Under the pieces are notes generated by a model that was not told the DNA's origin, made no database searches, and saw nothing but the letters and a program-made list of their open reading frames with translations. A stretch of 64,000 nt of DNA, taken from the NCBI GenBank assembly GCA_043228905.1, contig JBHGNT010000004.1:19902001-19966000 (forward strand), written 5' to 3'. This document shows positions 25,001 through 38,260 of the stretch, one piece after another. The translations under genes were made by a program, and so were the position numbers. Position 1 is the stretch's first letter. Each line of letters opens with the position of its first letter. Source of the DNA: Azolla caroliniana (lineage: Eukaryota; Plantae; Polypodiophyta).

Positions 25001-28000
25001 TTCTGCTGCTGCTATTAACAGCTTTTCTCACACAGTATTAGAGCTGTGAGGTCTCCATAGCCTCAGCCTGATTTTTTGCCAAAGAGCACACAAGCCTATC
25101 TTCTTTTATCCCATCCTCCGGCCCTTAAGAGGGGTTTTCTTTTCTTTGCAGCCTCCCTTCCAACACTAAAGAGGTTCAGGCATCCACCCTCCCAACCTAC
25201 AGCAGAGGTTCTTTTTCTTCCATCTGAGCCTCACCGAGCATCTAGGGAGGAGTGACAAGACCCTGAGCATCTACTTACAATTGCTGTAAACAGTCCAGTT
25301 GTAACTCAAGAGGAGGATATCCATGGCCTCACAAGCTACCATTGCTCCATCTACCATTCCCCAACTCCCCAAAGAGTCCATCTTTGATAAGATCTTACTT
25401 GGATTGGGAACTGAAAAATAAAGACCATGCTACATTACCATCAGCTATGGAATGTAATCAATGGTCGTGAGAAGAAACCACCGGTAACATCTTCTTCAAC
25501 CATATCAGTTGTTGGTTCATCAAAAGCTGAGATTGAAGCTTGGTTAGATGAGGATTCTCGTGCTCATGCTTTCCTCATGTTTAATATTAAACCGAGCATT
25601 GCCCGTCAACTTCAAGATACATATTAAGAAACTGCCAATGAACTACAGGCAGCCATCAAAAACAAGTATCATAGCGCTAACTATGCTCAAATGATAGCTG
25701 TTGAGAGTCAACTAGCAAATCTCAAGATTCATGGCTTGGTTAGATGAGGATTCTCGTGCTCATGCTTTCCTCATGTTTAATATTAAACCGAGCATTGCCC
25801 GTCAACTTCAAGATACATATTAAGAAACTGCCAATGAACTACAGGCAGCCATCAAAAACAAGTATCATAGCGCTAACTATGCTCAAATGATAGCTGTTGA
25901 GAGTCAACTAGCAAATCTCAAGATTCATGACACTCCAAACATCATGGATCAAATCACATAATTTGTTACTCTGAAAGGAACTATTTTCCTTGAGAAGCTT
26001 ATTCCAAAAACACCTGATATGAATACATTTTTTGGCATGCTTCAAGACAGGGCCACAAGGATGGAAAGTGCTCAAACTTCTAAAGAAACGCTTCTCCATA
26101 CCAAAAGTGAAGGAATGTGGAAGCATAATAGCAACTCCTACAACAAAGCTATTCCAAGACCAACAAACAACCCAGCCTACAAGGAGCTCACTTGTCATTA
26201 TTGTGGCTACAAAGGTCACATTCGGCCCAATTGTCAGAAAAAGAAAAGGCACAAAGCCAAGAAGTCTTCTACTGAAAGTCAACCTACATCAACATCAAGC
26301 TAAGCCCACTCAGCCAAAGAAACAATTTTCCTTGGCATTGAAGAACATTCTTCACATATGATTGGACCAACTACCTCAACCATTGATGAGTGGCTGGTGG
26401 ACAGTGGCACTATTGCACACATGACTAATGAAAAATCTATTTTGCATGATGTCAAACCCAGCTCCTCCCAAATCTCCATAGGTGATGTCTCAAGCATTGA
26501 GGCTTCATGTGTGGGTGACGTGTTCTTAACACTTCTTCAAATGACGAACCTGCAGTTCTTCAAGATGTGCTACATGTGCCTCACGCAACTTACTTTCGGT
26601 CTCCCAAATCACTAAGCAAGGTTATGGTGTCTACTTTGATAGCTCAATTTTAGAAGTTATTGACACCAACAGCCAACAAATTGTAGCTAGTGGCACACAA
26701 GAAAGGGGCTTATACTGCCTAAAAAGTTGCACAGCCCCTTGGAAAATCTCAACTTTTTCATCTTCTTCAAGGCTGTCATGCCTTGGTGGCACAAGAAGAT
26801 CCGACGTTAGGTTTGGCATGCTAGGTTTGGTCATCTCAACTACAACTCTCTTCAAAAGCTCTCTTCGCAGCTAGTTGAGGGTCTTCCTATATTCAAACCT
26901 CACGATACCCCATGTGTTACTTGTCTTCATGGCAAGCAACATCGAGAACCTTCCCATCACCAAGCCACTCACGGTACAACATCTATCTTGGAGTTAGTGC
27001 ACATGGATCTTTGTGGCCCAATGAAAACCACTACTCTTGGTGGTGCACACTACTTCATGCTTATCATTGATGATTTCTCACATAAGGTTTGCAGAAAAAT
27101 CTCAAGCTTTCACAAGAATAGGTAGCTCTTGTCGAGAATGAGACATCAAAGAAAGTTTGAAAGATCAGGTTCGACAATGGTGGAGAGTTTATCTCACAAG
27201 CTTTCCACTGTTTTTGCTCTCAAAGAGGCATTGCTTGACACTTTTTTACACCCAATACACCTCAACAAAATGGTGTGGTAGGAAGAAAGAACCAGACAAT
27301 CCAAGAGATGGATCGTACGATGCTCTCTCAATCTGATATTCTTCTCTCGTTTTGGGGTGAAGCTCTCAACACAGCAGTCTACATCATTAACTATTGCCCA
27401 ACTAAGGCAGTTACTGCAATGACCCCTGTAGAAGCATTTACAGGTGTAAAACCCTCAGTTTCTCATTTAAAAGTCTTTGGTTGTGATGTTCATGTTCACA
27501 TTTCAGATCATAAAAGGACTAAATTTGCGTCCAAAACCAAGAAATACAAGTTTCTTGGTTATAACAGACAATCTAAAGCTTAAAGGTTATGGGATCTAGA
27601 ATCAAAGTCCCTAGTCATCTCAAAGGATGTTCATTTTGCGGAGTCTAAGCTGGATGACTCTAGGATTCTATCTAAGTTCACAGTTGAAATCCCAGCTACT
27701 CTGGATTCTCCTATTCCAGACGAAGATTTCTCACCTTGAAGCCCCCCAGCTCCTCCCACTTCTACTCAAACTCCAACTCCACCACCAACTCAAAACTCTC
27801 CCTAAACTCCAATTGTTTCCCCTCCCTCTACACACAAGCTTCCACCACTTCCAAAGTGGCTTCAAGCCACCATTTGTGATTCCCATCTCTCTGATGCTGA
27901 ACTTCATGGGTATACAGCTGGTTTTCCTACCGATACGAAAAGAACATGCAAGTCACAACAGCCTCTTCACTCATGCAACCTTGCATTATCGAGCAGTGTT

Positions 28001-31000
28001 GTGCAATCACAAGAACCCACTACAGCAAAAGAGGCTCTTGTTCTTCCAAAGTGGAAAGTGGCAATGGAAATTGAGTTTAATTCCATTGAGCGGAATCACA
28101 CATGGGAGCTGGTCCCTTGGCCTAAACATGGGCAAGTCGTTGGACTGAAATGGATTTTCAGGACCAAGTACCATGATGATGGTACTTTGGATAAGCATAA
28201 GGCATTAGTTGTGAAATCTATTCACAAATGGAAGGAGTGGACTATGAGTTACACCTTTGCTCCAACAACAAGGTACACCTCTATTCAATGTGCTCTTGCA
28301 CTTGCTGCTCACAACAAATGGCCTATATTTCAAATGGACGTCAAGACAGCCTTCCATAATGGTGACTTGAAAGAGGAAGTTCTATGTAGAACCACCTCCA
28401 GGTTTCGAGATTTCAGAGTGGAATAACATGGTCTACAAGTTACATAAAGCCTTGTATGCAAAACTTGGCATGACAAAATTGATGCATTCTTTCACTCTCT
28501 TGGGTTTCGGCACTGTTATGCAGATGGCAATATCTATGTCTTTTCCCAAGATGATTTGTTATGCTTGAGCATATTATATGTTTGATGACCTTCTAATTAC
28601 AAGGTCCTTGGCTTTTAGAATCGAGCACCTCGGCACTGACCTCAAAACCACTAATTTAAAATGACTGACTTGGGACTTCTCCATTATTTCTTAGGTATGG
28701 AGATCTATCAATCACATGATGATATCTTCCTCCGCCAACATATGTATCTCAGGCAGCTCCTTGAGACCGATGGCATGTCAAATTGCAGGCCAGTCTCATG
28801 TCCCATCGATCCAAACACAAAGCTATCTCATGAGGATGATTCTCCCATATTAGAAGATATCACAAATTATAGAAGGTTAATTGGATCTCTTATTCACTTA
28901 ACTTACACAAGGCCTGATTTGTCCTATGGTGTGAGTATTCTTAGCCTATTCTCATGTGCGCCAACACAAAGTCATTCGCAAACAGCTATCCAAGTTCTTA
29001 GGTATTGGCCAACACACTTGAATATGATCTCTCTTTTAGATGTGGCATTGTGCTTGTTGGCTACTTGGACGCTGATTGGGCAGATGATATTGATTCTAGA
29101 AGGTCCACATCTGGCTATTGTTTTGGTTAGGCTCAAGCTTAATTTCTTGGAAACCAAAGAAGCAAAATTCAGTTTCTACTTCACCGACCGAAACTGAATA
29201 TCAAGCTTGTTTGGATACTTGTTGGGAGTTGCTTTGGTTAATGCAACTGTTTTGTCACATCGGTGTTTTGCAAGAATCTCCTATTGCAATTTTCACTGAC
29301 AACTCAGCATTTCATGTAGAACAAAACATATTGAAGTGCACTACCACAAGTCATCAACTTGGCCTATTGTCCTACTCAAGAAAATGTGTCTGATTTGTTT
29401 ACTGAGCCATTCCCAAGGCAAGCCATTGATCAACTCCTCAGTCAACTCAATATCGGACTCCTGTTCTGGAGCTAAGCGGAAGTGTTAAGGGTGGCAGCTC
29501 CAAACCTACACTCTCTTTCATCTTTATTATCTCTCCTCCACATTCTCTCCCTTCCTAGATTTTTCTCTCTCTAGAATCTGCAACTCTTTAAATGTTTTCT
29601 CTCTTCCACTTTTCCAAGATTTTCCCTCTTATTCCTCGTTTAGTGTACCTGTTTGGTAGTACGAGAATCACTTAACTACCAAACAATCATTTCACCCACG
29701 TTCCCCAATTTCGTATAAATAGGGTATACCAGCCTCTTTTGTAAGAACTTTATTTTTGCTACTACTTGAAAACAGGCTCTACTCTTTGGCTGTCTCTCTA
29801 CTCTTTGCAATTATATTGCTACTGCTGTCTAAAAGACTTCTCACAGCTTAGGTGTGTTTATTTTTTCTAACAACTGTTTCACTACTGCTATTAACAGCTT
29901 TTCTCGCACTAGCTTACCTTTAACCCATTAGCTTTAGGATTGGTCGATGAAGTTATAACCATTTGATCACTTTTGTAATACGTAGTTTAAACACTTTATT
30001 TAACGTAGTAGCACCCAAATAGAAGTTCACATGAAAAAAAAATGTTCACATAAAGATAATAATCTTGGAAAAGAGGATGAGAGTACACATTTACAAAGTT
30101 TCTGATTCTAGAGAGAGAAAATCTAGGAAAAGAATGTAGAGGAGAAATAATAAAGATGAAAGAGATTACAAATCTAGAGCGGCCACCCTCCCACAAAAAC
30201 TAGGAGCATTATTTATATTTTGTGGTCACAATAGACCAATAGTATTTAGAACATTTTTGCAATCAACATGGTCTTGTTGGTCATAAAGGTAGATGGAAAA
30301 TCTAGGACGAGAGAATGTAGAGGAGAGATCATAAAGATGAAAGAGATTGCAAATCTAGAGCGGCCACCCTCCCACAAAAACTAGGAGCATTATTTATATG
30401 GAAGTTGTTTTGTGGTCACAATAGACCAATAGTATTTAGAACATTTTTGCAATCAATATGGTCTTGTTGGTCATAAAGGTATATGGATAGATCTCATCCA
30501 AGAATTCAATTTTTCTATTCGTTATTTCAAAGGTTCATGCAAAATAAATGTAATCAAATGTTTTCCATGTAAAGTGAACAAGATATTCACAATAACAAAT
30601 GGGAAAGTATATTTATGGATTTTATTGTTACCCAACCTCAAACACAAAGAGGTCATGATTCTATATGAGTTGTCAATCAACTAACAAAATTAACCAGACT
30701 TATTACCAACTGATGAAATGGCTTACCAATTTGTTGATGATTTATTCAGATGTTATGGGTTACTAATAGATGTATAACTAATAGAGATTTTAAGTTTACT
30801 AACGATTTCCGGACTTAATTCTCTGAAAAGTTGGAAACTACTTCGCCATAAAAGAGCTAGTAATTATCAAGGGTTTATCTTCTAAATCTCATTTGCCAAA
30901 AGAAAATCTCAATGCTCAAACTTAACATTTAAGACCTAAACAAATCCAAGAATAAATGGTTGTCAAACCATTCATGATGCCACTTGGCAGAAAGAGTATG

Positions 31001-34000
31001 TTTAATTTCTAACTTCCTTGATTTTGATTTGTCATTGAAAGAGTGCAATGTATCAGAAATTGAGCATAATCTAAAGAACCAATTCTAAAGCAAGGTAAAA
31101 TAGTTGGGAAACCAATTATCTTAGGAGCTTGGACAAATCCTTAAGGATCTATGACACATGGTGGTCTGGGAGCCTTAAATATTGAACTATATAAAGGGAA
31201 TGAGCTATTGCCCCTTCATTATGGCATCGTGAGATGGTGTCGAGACTATTGGTGAAGCTAAGCTCTTTTTTTCGAGATCCATTATTTAACTGTCAAGGTA
31301 TAACATAAAGTAATATCTGGTGCTATGGTACACCAATGGTATTTTATATTTGTCTCATCTCCTTCACTTGGGGTGGTTGCTGTGGTTAAGCACTCTGAAT
31401 CAATTCTTTTGTGTAATCTCTTATTATACTATTCATCAATAGTTTGATCCATAATAATTGCACATGAAATTTGTTTTTTGTTATGACTAATCCTTATTGT
31501 TTACAATTCTCCTCTGACGGTTTCTTCAAACTAAGTTGGTCCATGCTAGCTTTACATCTTATGGGCTCGTCAAGGTATGGAGGAAGAACATATGCTTAAT
31601 CACACAATCTACAGTGTGATACATTCAATACATGCATGTACATGTGCGATATATACCAACACACAAGGGCTCTATGCTCATGGCTCCATATTCGAAGTAT
31701 CACAAAAACTATCCACCAACAATAGATATGCCCCAACACAATCTTACCTGCAGATAAGGATGAAAATATGCAACTTGCCCCGGCGGACAAAACATCACCT
31801 GCTGAGAATACTGCAGTGGAACAAGCAATATCGTTTAGATTTGTATCCAGGGTACATACACTAACCAAGTTTCATTTTCACAGCTTAGAAGGTCCAACAT
31901 AAAATAAGCTAACTCAGCATAATTTATGCACCCGTTACCATCTGCGTTGTAGGGTGAACATATGTTGATGTTGGCTGAACAGGTGCCTGTGATGTATACC
32001 TCATTGGTTGTGGTACCTGTACAATCTTTACATCAGTACAATCTTCTTGGCATGTGTTCATCAAATTTATATATATATATATATATATATATGCATGGGT
32101 GTATGTGTATATCTGGGTACAATGCACATATCACAGCACATCCATCAATACATACACACACCTACATATAGCTGTATAAATATCGATAGACAAATACATT
32201 TGATAAAAGTTCATTAAACTTACCGGATGTTGCAATTGAGGCAACACTTTCATAGAGGTTTGCCCATTGACAACAGGTGGAACTGGTGCACCGGAAACAG
32301 GTGTATATGATGTTGGAGATGCTATGTATGAAGTTGGACCTGGAGAATATGGTGTGTATCTTGCAGCCGGTTGCCCTCCAGGATGTAAGAGAGGGTTGAC
32401 ACCCACTGGGACAGTCTGTATTGGAGGAATAGGTGCCATTATGCCAGGGACATATACAGGCCCTGGGACTACTGGTGATGGTGGCCGAAGAGGTGTAAAG
32501 CTTGGAGTAAAAGATTTTGCATTCGGGTTTAGTTTGAACTCCTGTGTAAATTGCACCCAAGAGAAAAGCAAGGAAAAAGAGATAAATTTATTCAAAACAA
32601 TTGTATGGCTAGTTGACTTTTCATTATAATCAAGGGAAACACACCACAATATTCCTCATTGGTATTCCCCGGAATACCCCTAGGTTTCTAGAAATCACCA
32701 GAAATTTCCTTTGTAGTACACATTTACCACTACACTGGGATGTTTTAGTAATTTTTGGAAACTTAAGGGTACTTTGTGTTTTGTCCCATAACAAATTGAG
32801 CATGGAGATTGAGCGACTTGCTTGCCTTGGCATTTGGATTTAATGAAGATTTCTTGCTGAAATCAGAAACGCCAGAAGATGATGAGGGAGAAGATGGCAT
32901 TGGTGTTGGACTAGAAGAATTTAGAGAAGAAATAAAGGCCTCGGTAATTTGTGGTGAGGAATGTGTCCCACTTGTTGATGCAGTTTCAATTTGAGGACCT
33001 GAAAGTGAGTTTAGTTCATCACTTACACTCCTTGGCTCAATATCACTATCTGGGGCTGTAAGGTGACTTTGGATGGGAGCGGATGTAGTGGAATCAGATC
33101 CACCAACAGAACTGGTAATGCTTGCTGGAATTGGCAAAGCAGAAGCAGGTGGTGCAAATGAAGATGCCATTTTACGAATGCTAACAGAAGCCGTTGTATG
33201 TTGTCTTACTGATGTCAGATCTCTTAAGCTCTCACTAAAAGATTTGAGCTCATTCACTTGATCTTCACGCTGTTTTCTGCCTCGTTTTGCATTCTCCTGG
33301 AGCTTAAACTCATTAAATTCTCTGTCATTACAGGTTTACAACTTTGATCATTTTTCAAAAAACTTCCTTGTTGAATGAATCTTAGCAACTCATGTGTTAT
33401 GGTGACCCACAAACCTATAAACATCCTCTGTTACTTGTGGAAAACCAGGATCCAAATCCAGTGCTTGTATGCTTGTGGTATCTCCTAAACGAGGAGAGAC
33501 CAATGGTGAAGCCAATCCACCAACCTTTAATGACCGCAAATTTTATGGAAAATTAAAAACAGAGTAATATTGCTAAAATTTTATCTTCTAATGTGAAAAG
33601 GTCCATGCAACAAACATCTTATACCTTTACAGCACGCTTACTACGGTCAACCACTGTTTGTGACACTCTGTCCTTCAGTGTAGTATTAGAATCATCCGAC
33701 CCAGCAAGCTGTGAATCCATTAAAGCTGTGGTTGGCTCCTGTGCTGAATGAGATGGTTCCACTTTAACAGATCTATTCTTCAGCTGTAAAAATGGGAGGA
33801 CAAAACTTAAGCATAATTCAAGTTGATGTGCTCAGTCTTCATTGAAATGTTACCTCATTTAAATCAGAAAGTGCCCTGTTTCTTACACCTTCAGCTACAT
33901 CTATATCGTTAGCACTAGGCTCACTTCCATTGTATCCCATAACCACAACACCAGATTCATTAGTCGCATTCCCAAATGTTGCATCGTTATGGAAGTCCAT

Positions 34001-35664
34001 GCTTACATCATCATTATCATCACCAATATCTTCACTCGTGCGTAAAACAGATGAGTATTTACTTTCTTCATCCATCAGCTCAAATTCTTTGATTAGGGTG
34101 ACTCCTCTTTCCTTAACATGGCATTAAACGCAATTTAGATGTGGTTATGCATAGCAAGTTGACTAATTAAATGATCCCGTTAACAAGAATAGATCATCTT
34201 CCATGTATCCTAATCCAGATTCCAGCCAATTACTCTGGAATTAATATTTTTGCCAGTTCATATGTAATTGCCTACAGCTTCAAACTTGAAGAAGATTACC
34301 TCAGCCAGATGAAGATTTCGTGTGCCCTGTCCTTCAATCTCACGAGCAATACGCCATGCCTCTCTCTCTCGCTCTCTCATTTGAGGACCCCTCTCAAGTT
34401 TAGTGGTGTATAAGTCCTCATCAAATGTGCTCTCAACACCAAACAAAGATTTATTGATCTCAAATTGATCCCAATTTCTACCAGAACCAAAAATATAGTA
34501 TCGATGATATCAAATTCAGAAATATTGCAATAGGTTTCATTGAACAGGAAAATCGTGAACTCTAACCTGTTCCATGTGTTTTGAAAGGTAGATTCCAATC
34601 CTTGTTCACTTGGATCATCCCTGTCAGGTGTCCAAGGCTTAAGTTCCCTCTCCAGCTCTCCATGTCTACCCTGAGATAAGAATGAGTCAGTAACAATTTC
34701 TGACCGATTTTCGCGAGATCTCCCATTTTGAAGCCGTTCTCCTTGTAAAGGAACATCCTGCAGGAAAAGAAAGCATTGATTAAACTTCTGCCAAGGTTTG
34801 AGAAAAGGAAACTAAATCAAATATTGCAATGGCTTTACCTTAGCAATAATTTGTACAAGGTCATGTGCATATACAATAAAAGTTTTTACAGGTCTCTTTG
34901 CTAATTCTTTAGCATTGTCATTTGTCCCTCCTTGAGTTGAACCATGGTGTATAAGTTGTGCCATTCGCAACACAATTCCTGCTCCAGAAAGTGTTCTTAA
35001 ATGCTGATATCTTAATAGCAAGATTAAATAACTTATGAAAACATAGGGAGCTATTTTTGCTTCAAAACTAATACGACTAAGCTGTGTACTATGCATGTAC
35101 ATCAGATATAAATACATGCATGTTCTTTGTCAGATTTTTCTCCATAAAAGAAATGGCACCCATATCTTAGGGGTCAAGTAATAACAAAAAATGACATCAG
35201 AAATTCTCGAAATTTAAAAAATGATCTCTAATTAGCAGAAAACAATGGCATTTAGACAAACCGTAATCTTTTTCAGCATTTGCAGTGTGAAAGATCCCTG
35301 AATAGATGGACCCATTTTTCACCTGAACTTCGACAGGATGGCCGATCAAACATGCTGTCAAACATAGTAAAGCCTTTGGATCTCCATTTCTGGATTCTTC
35401 CTGTGAAACTGTTTCTAGCTCATCTTCAGCAGGTTTGGAGGTAGAGGTGATGTTCTGACCAGCATTACTGTCACTTTTTGAGTGATACACTTGCGTGTGT
35501 CCAAAGCTTTCTGTGCCCAAATTATTGGTTGGTGTTGGCCTGAAAGGCCTATACTTGTTTTCGCTTCTATAACTTTCTGGACGATTGCTAATATCCCGAT
35601 CTCCACGACGACGACTTAGACCATTTAGCATAGAAGACTTATGCTGTGTTTGCGGTTGACTCAT
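22090..35664 (-). CDS. CID3/CID4: Ataxin-2-like polyadenylate-binding protein-interacting protein (Lsm, LsmAD, tandem PAM2, Pro/Gln-rich tail)
   Basis: Hand-built exons (minus): 35664-35262, 34978-34839, 34757-34567, 34477-34300, 34111-33854, 33783-33625, 33524-33415, 33321-32826 (GC donor), 32541-32224, 32025-31939, 31810-31748, 23999-23936, then 23021-22756 (stop) or spliced on to a final mini-exon 22096-22090. Motifs: LIGHPVEVQVKNGSIYSGIFH (Lsm), NWDQFEINKSLFGVESTFDEDLYTTKL...IAREIE...HLAEERG (LsmAD), LNPNAK/EFKLNPNAKSF (PAM2). Confidence 0.93.
24486..24597. repeat. Perfect 50-bp inverted repeat with a 12-nt loop, intronic
   Basis: 24486-24535 is the exact reverse complement of 24548-24597. 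Confidence 0.97.
24688..29908 (+). mobile_element. Old Ty1/copia element in the long intron, antisense to the host gene
   Basis: Diverged LTRs at ~24688-25032 and 29483-29908. Degenerate PBS CAGTATTAGAGC. Motifs CHYCGYKGHIRPNC, WLVDSGT, HLKVFGC, QMDVKTAF and TRPDLSY, with many stops. Confidence 0.88.
25538..25929. repeat. Tandem duplication, 2 x 196 bp, within the copia gag
   Basis: GCTTGGTTAGATGAGG...CTCAAGATTCATG starts at 25538 and again at 25734; the copies look identical. Confidence 0.95.
29997..30480 (-). repeat. Inverted LTR-derived fragment plus a ~180-bp tandem duplication
   Basis: Reverse-complement similarity to the LTR segment 29483-29660. The GAATGTAGAGGAGA...GGTCATAAAGGT block occurs twice. 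Confidence 0.7.
30590..30850 (+). mobile_element. Ty3/gypsy integrase fragment
   Basis: KWESIFMDFIVTQPQTQRGHDSI...FRCYGLLIDV...RDFKFT resembles the gypsy INT motif WxxISMDFI...GLP...SDRDxxFT. Confidence 0.6.
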
Positions 35665-37809
35665 TCTTGAGTTCAGTCAAGAGACTAGACCCAAATTTGT
35701 ACTGTTCTGATGTTGTTTGTCAAGAATTAAGAAAAGAATGCTCCCTTTCAAATTTCTCGTGGAAGCAAGAACAATTATTCTTGAAGCTTTTGACTGTTTC
35801 CAATTTAACAAAAAAAAATTGTTAATATAAAATTCATTTGTTGAAAATAAAAAACTGTTGTCAGAAATATTAGAATTATAATCTCCCAAATCATGTATGC
35901 TTCATTGGCTGTTCAGTAAACCTCATGTTGCAAAAAGACAATCGAGCAGACAAACAGAGGAGTTGCTAAGTCACGTATGGAAGTATCAAAATTGGCATGC
36001 ACGAGGGAAAAAATTACGAGATACCAATGAGTTGACTCCTCATCAAACAATAGCCACATTTAATAGACAATACATGCCAGTTACAGTGATGGCATTCTAA
36101 AAGAATACGGGACTGCAGATGGCTCACAAGGAGCTTACTTATCATCAGATAGAATTGCAAATTATACACCATGATCTTTACTTATGGCTGTATATATGCA
36201 TGTATAGCTATATGGGTACATTGACGTACATACACGCATGCATTAACATGATGTATCTTCGGGAATAGATCATTTGTGTGCATATGTATGTATATAAGTG
36301 CATGCGCAGGCAAGGGGTGTATACAACCTGCATGCAGGATGAGAGCCTTCTTCCAATTTCGAGGAATCAGGAAAGGAAACAATAATTTTGTAGCATACCA
36401 ACTTATAATGCACAATGAATGTTATTTTATTGCATGCTCGAGAGAAGTTCCAACATGTTTTTCATGAAGTGTGACCATCTGAGCAACTGTTTGTTTTAAA
36501 GTTTAGTGCTTTTCTCTCTAGGATTTTAAGTGCTTGTTTATGCATGATTTATAGACAGGTGAATGAGCGAATTTGAAGAAATGATGTGTGAGAGAGTCAT
36601 AGATTATTGCATTAGGATTAATTTTGTCTCTATGGACAAGGCCTAGTTCCTTTGCCTCCATATATAATGGCATTGGATGATGTAAAATGCATGTTTTTGG
36701 AAAATTCGACATTGTGAGGTTGTTTGAGGACTAGAAGTGGAATGAGGGAAAGATGGGTGAAGGAAGTTATTGGGGGTAAATTTTGCATAATAACGGTCTA
36801 AAAAAGCGCTTATTTTTTCATATATCAAAGAAAACTTTACTAATGCAAACAGACGTGCTGGAGTTCCCTTTGTGATTAGTTAGCGTTCACAAGATCACAC
36901 GCATCCTAAGGCAATTTTGGAAATTGCACCTTGTTCCGTGAAGAAGGAGACAAAAAAGGAAAAAAATAGAAAGAAGATAAAATAAATGGAGCTTCAAGAA
37001 GAAGTGGGAGAAAAAAGCCTAGAGTGAAAGTGATATAATGCCGGCATTGTCAAAAGTGTTGGTCCTATGTAGAGAGGCAATCTCTTGATTGATGTCAGTA
37101 CATAATCTAGAAGCAATGTATAATATTATATATATATATATAATAGTCACCCTTTGCCAGGTAACTTTGTTGCACTCTTCACTTTTTGACAACCATTGTT
37201 CTTCAAAAGAAGCTGAAATAAGGGTTTTAAAAAATTCCTGCACTTTTTGTACATGGATTTTTATATTTGTTTCGAGAGAGACCGGATTGTTTAGAGTCTT
37301 ATAATTGAATTGAGGCAAAAAAAACATTCATCCAACAGAGGAGGGTCACTAAATAGCTATACCTACCTTTATCATTGTATTTTTCAACATATTTGAACAC
37401 GGATTCCCAGCCCCATCATTCAATTTTCACCTCAAAACAAGGAGACACCTAATGGATATCATCTATAGGTTCAAAAGTCAACATTTTTAAACTACCGATT
37501 TGGAACACCGGATATCAGCATAGAAATTTCATTAACTTTCCTGGTGCAGATTTCTTTTTTGTTTTGCATATTGTGCAGCAAAAAGGAAGCGTAAATAGAA
37601 CGTGCTGATATCTAAGTGCTGATCTCTTATCACAACCGTGTAGCTAATCATATTGTCCGCAAATCAATTTTACCATAGAAATGGTCTCAACATATATACA
37701 CTTGATCAAAACCACTTGAAAATCTAAGTATGCAAGAATTCTTTATCTTTCAGACAAAAAAGAAAGAGTGTCGATAACAAAAGGTCGAGGAGAAACGAAA
37801 GAACATACC

Positions 37810-38260
37810 CGTGAGTGGTGATGCTACCAGAGAAACACAAGAACGGAACAAATTTACGTCTGAGAAACTTCTTCTTTTTTCTTCTTCTTCTTCTTTCTGT
37901 TTCGGAAGAAAGAAACTTCCTTAAGAAAATCTTCGAAGATGAAACCACCAAAAAAAACAAACTTATATGCTTTCGAAATCTCTGAGACTGAGACTGAGAC
38001 TAGCCCCTGCAAGAAAGAAAGAAGGAAGGAAGGAAGGAAGGAAATGCGATGAGCAGGAATCGATCCAAGGATGCTTGAATGGAGGAATGACGAAATGAAG
38101 AGAAAGAGACGCAAGGAACTGTGTTCTTCGTCTTCTTCTTCTTCTTCTTCTTCTTCCTCCTCCTCTCCAGAGTTTACTCTGTTTTTGTTTTGTTTTTTTT
38201 TTTGCTTTGCTCTGCAGAGAGCGCGTTTTGTCGGGAAAAACAAAACACAAGAAAATAACA
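37810..38260 (-). promoter_or_regulatory. Probable non-coding first exon / TSS region of the Ataxin-2-like gene
   Basis: GAA/CTT-rich tracts typical of plant 5' UTRs. Minus-strand donor CGG|GTATGT at ~37809 and an acceptor CAG at ~35795 upstream of the ATG. Confidence 0.5.
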
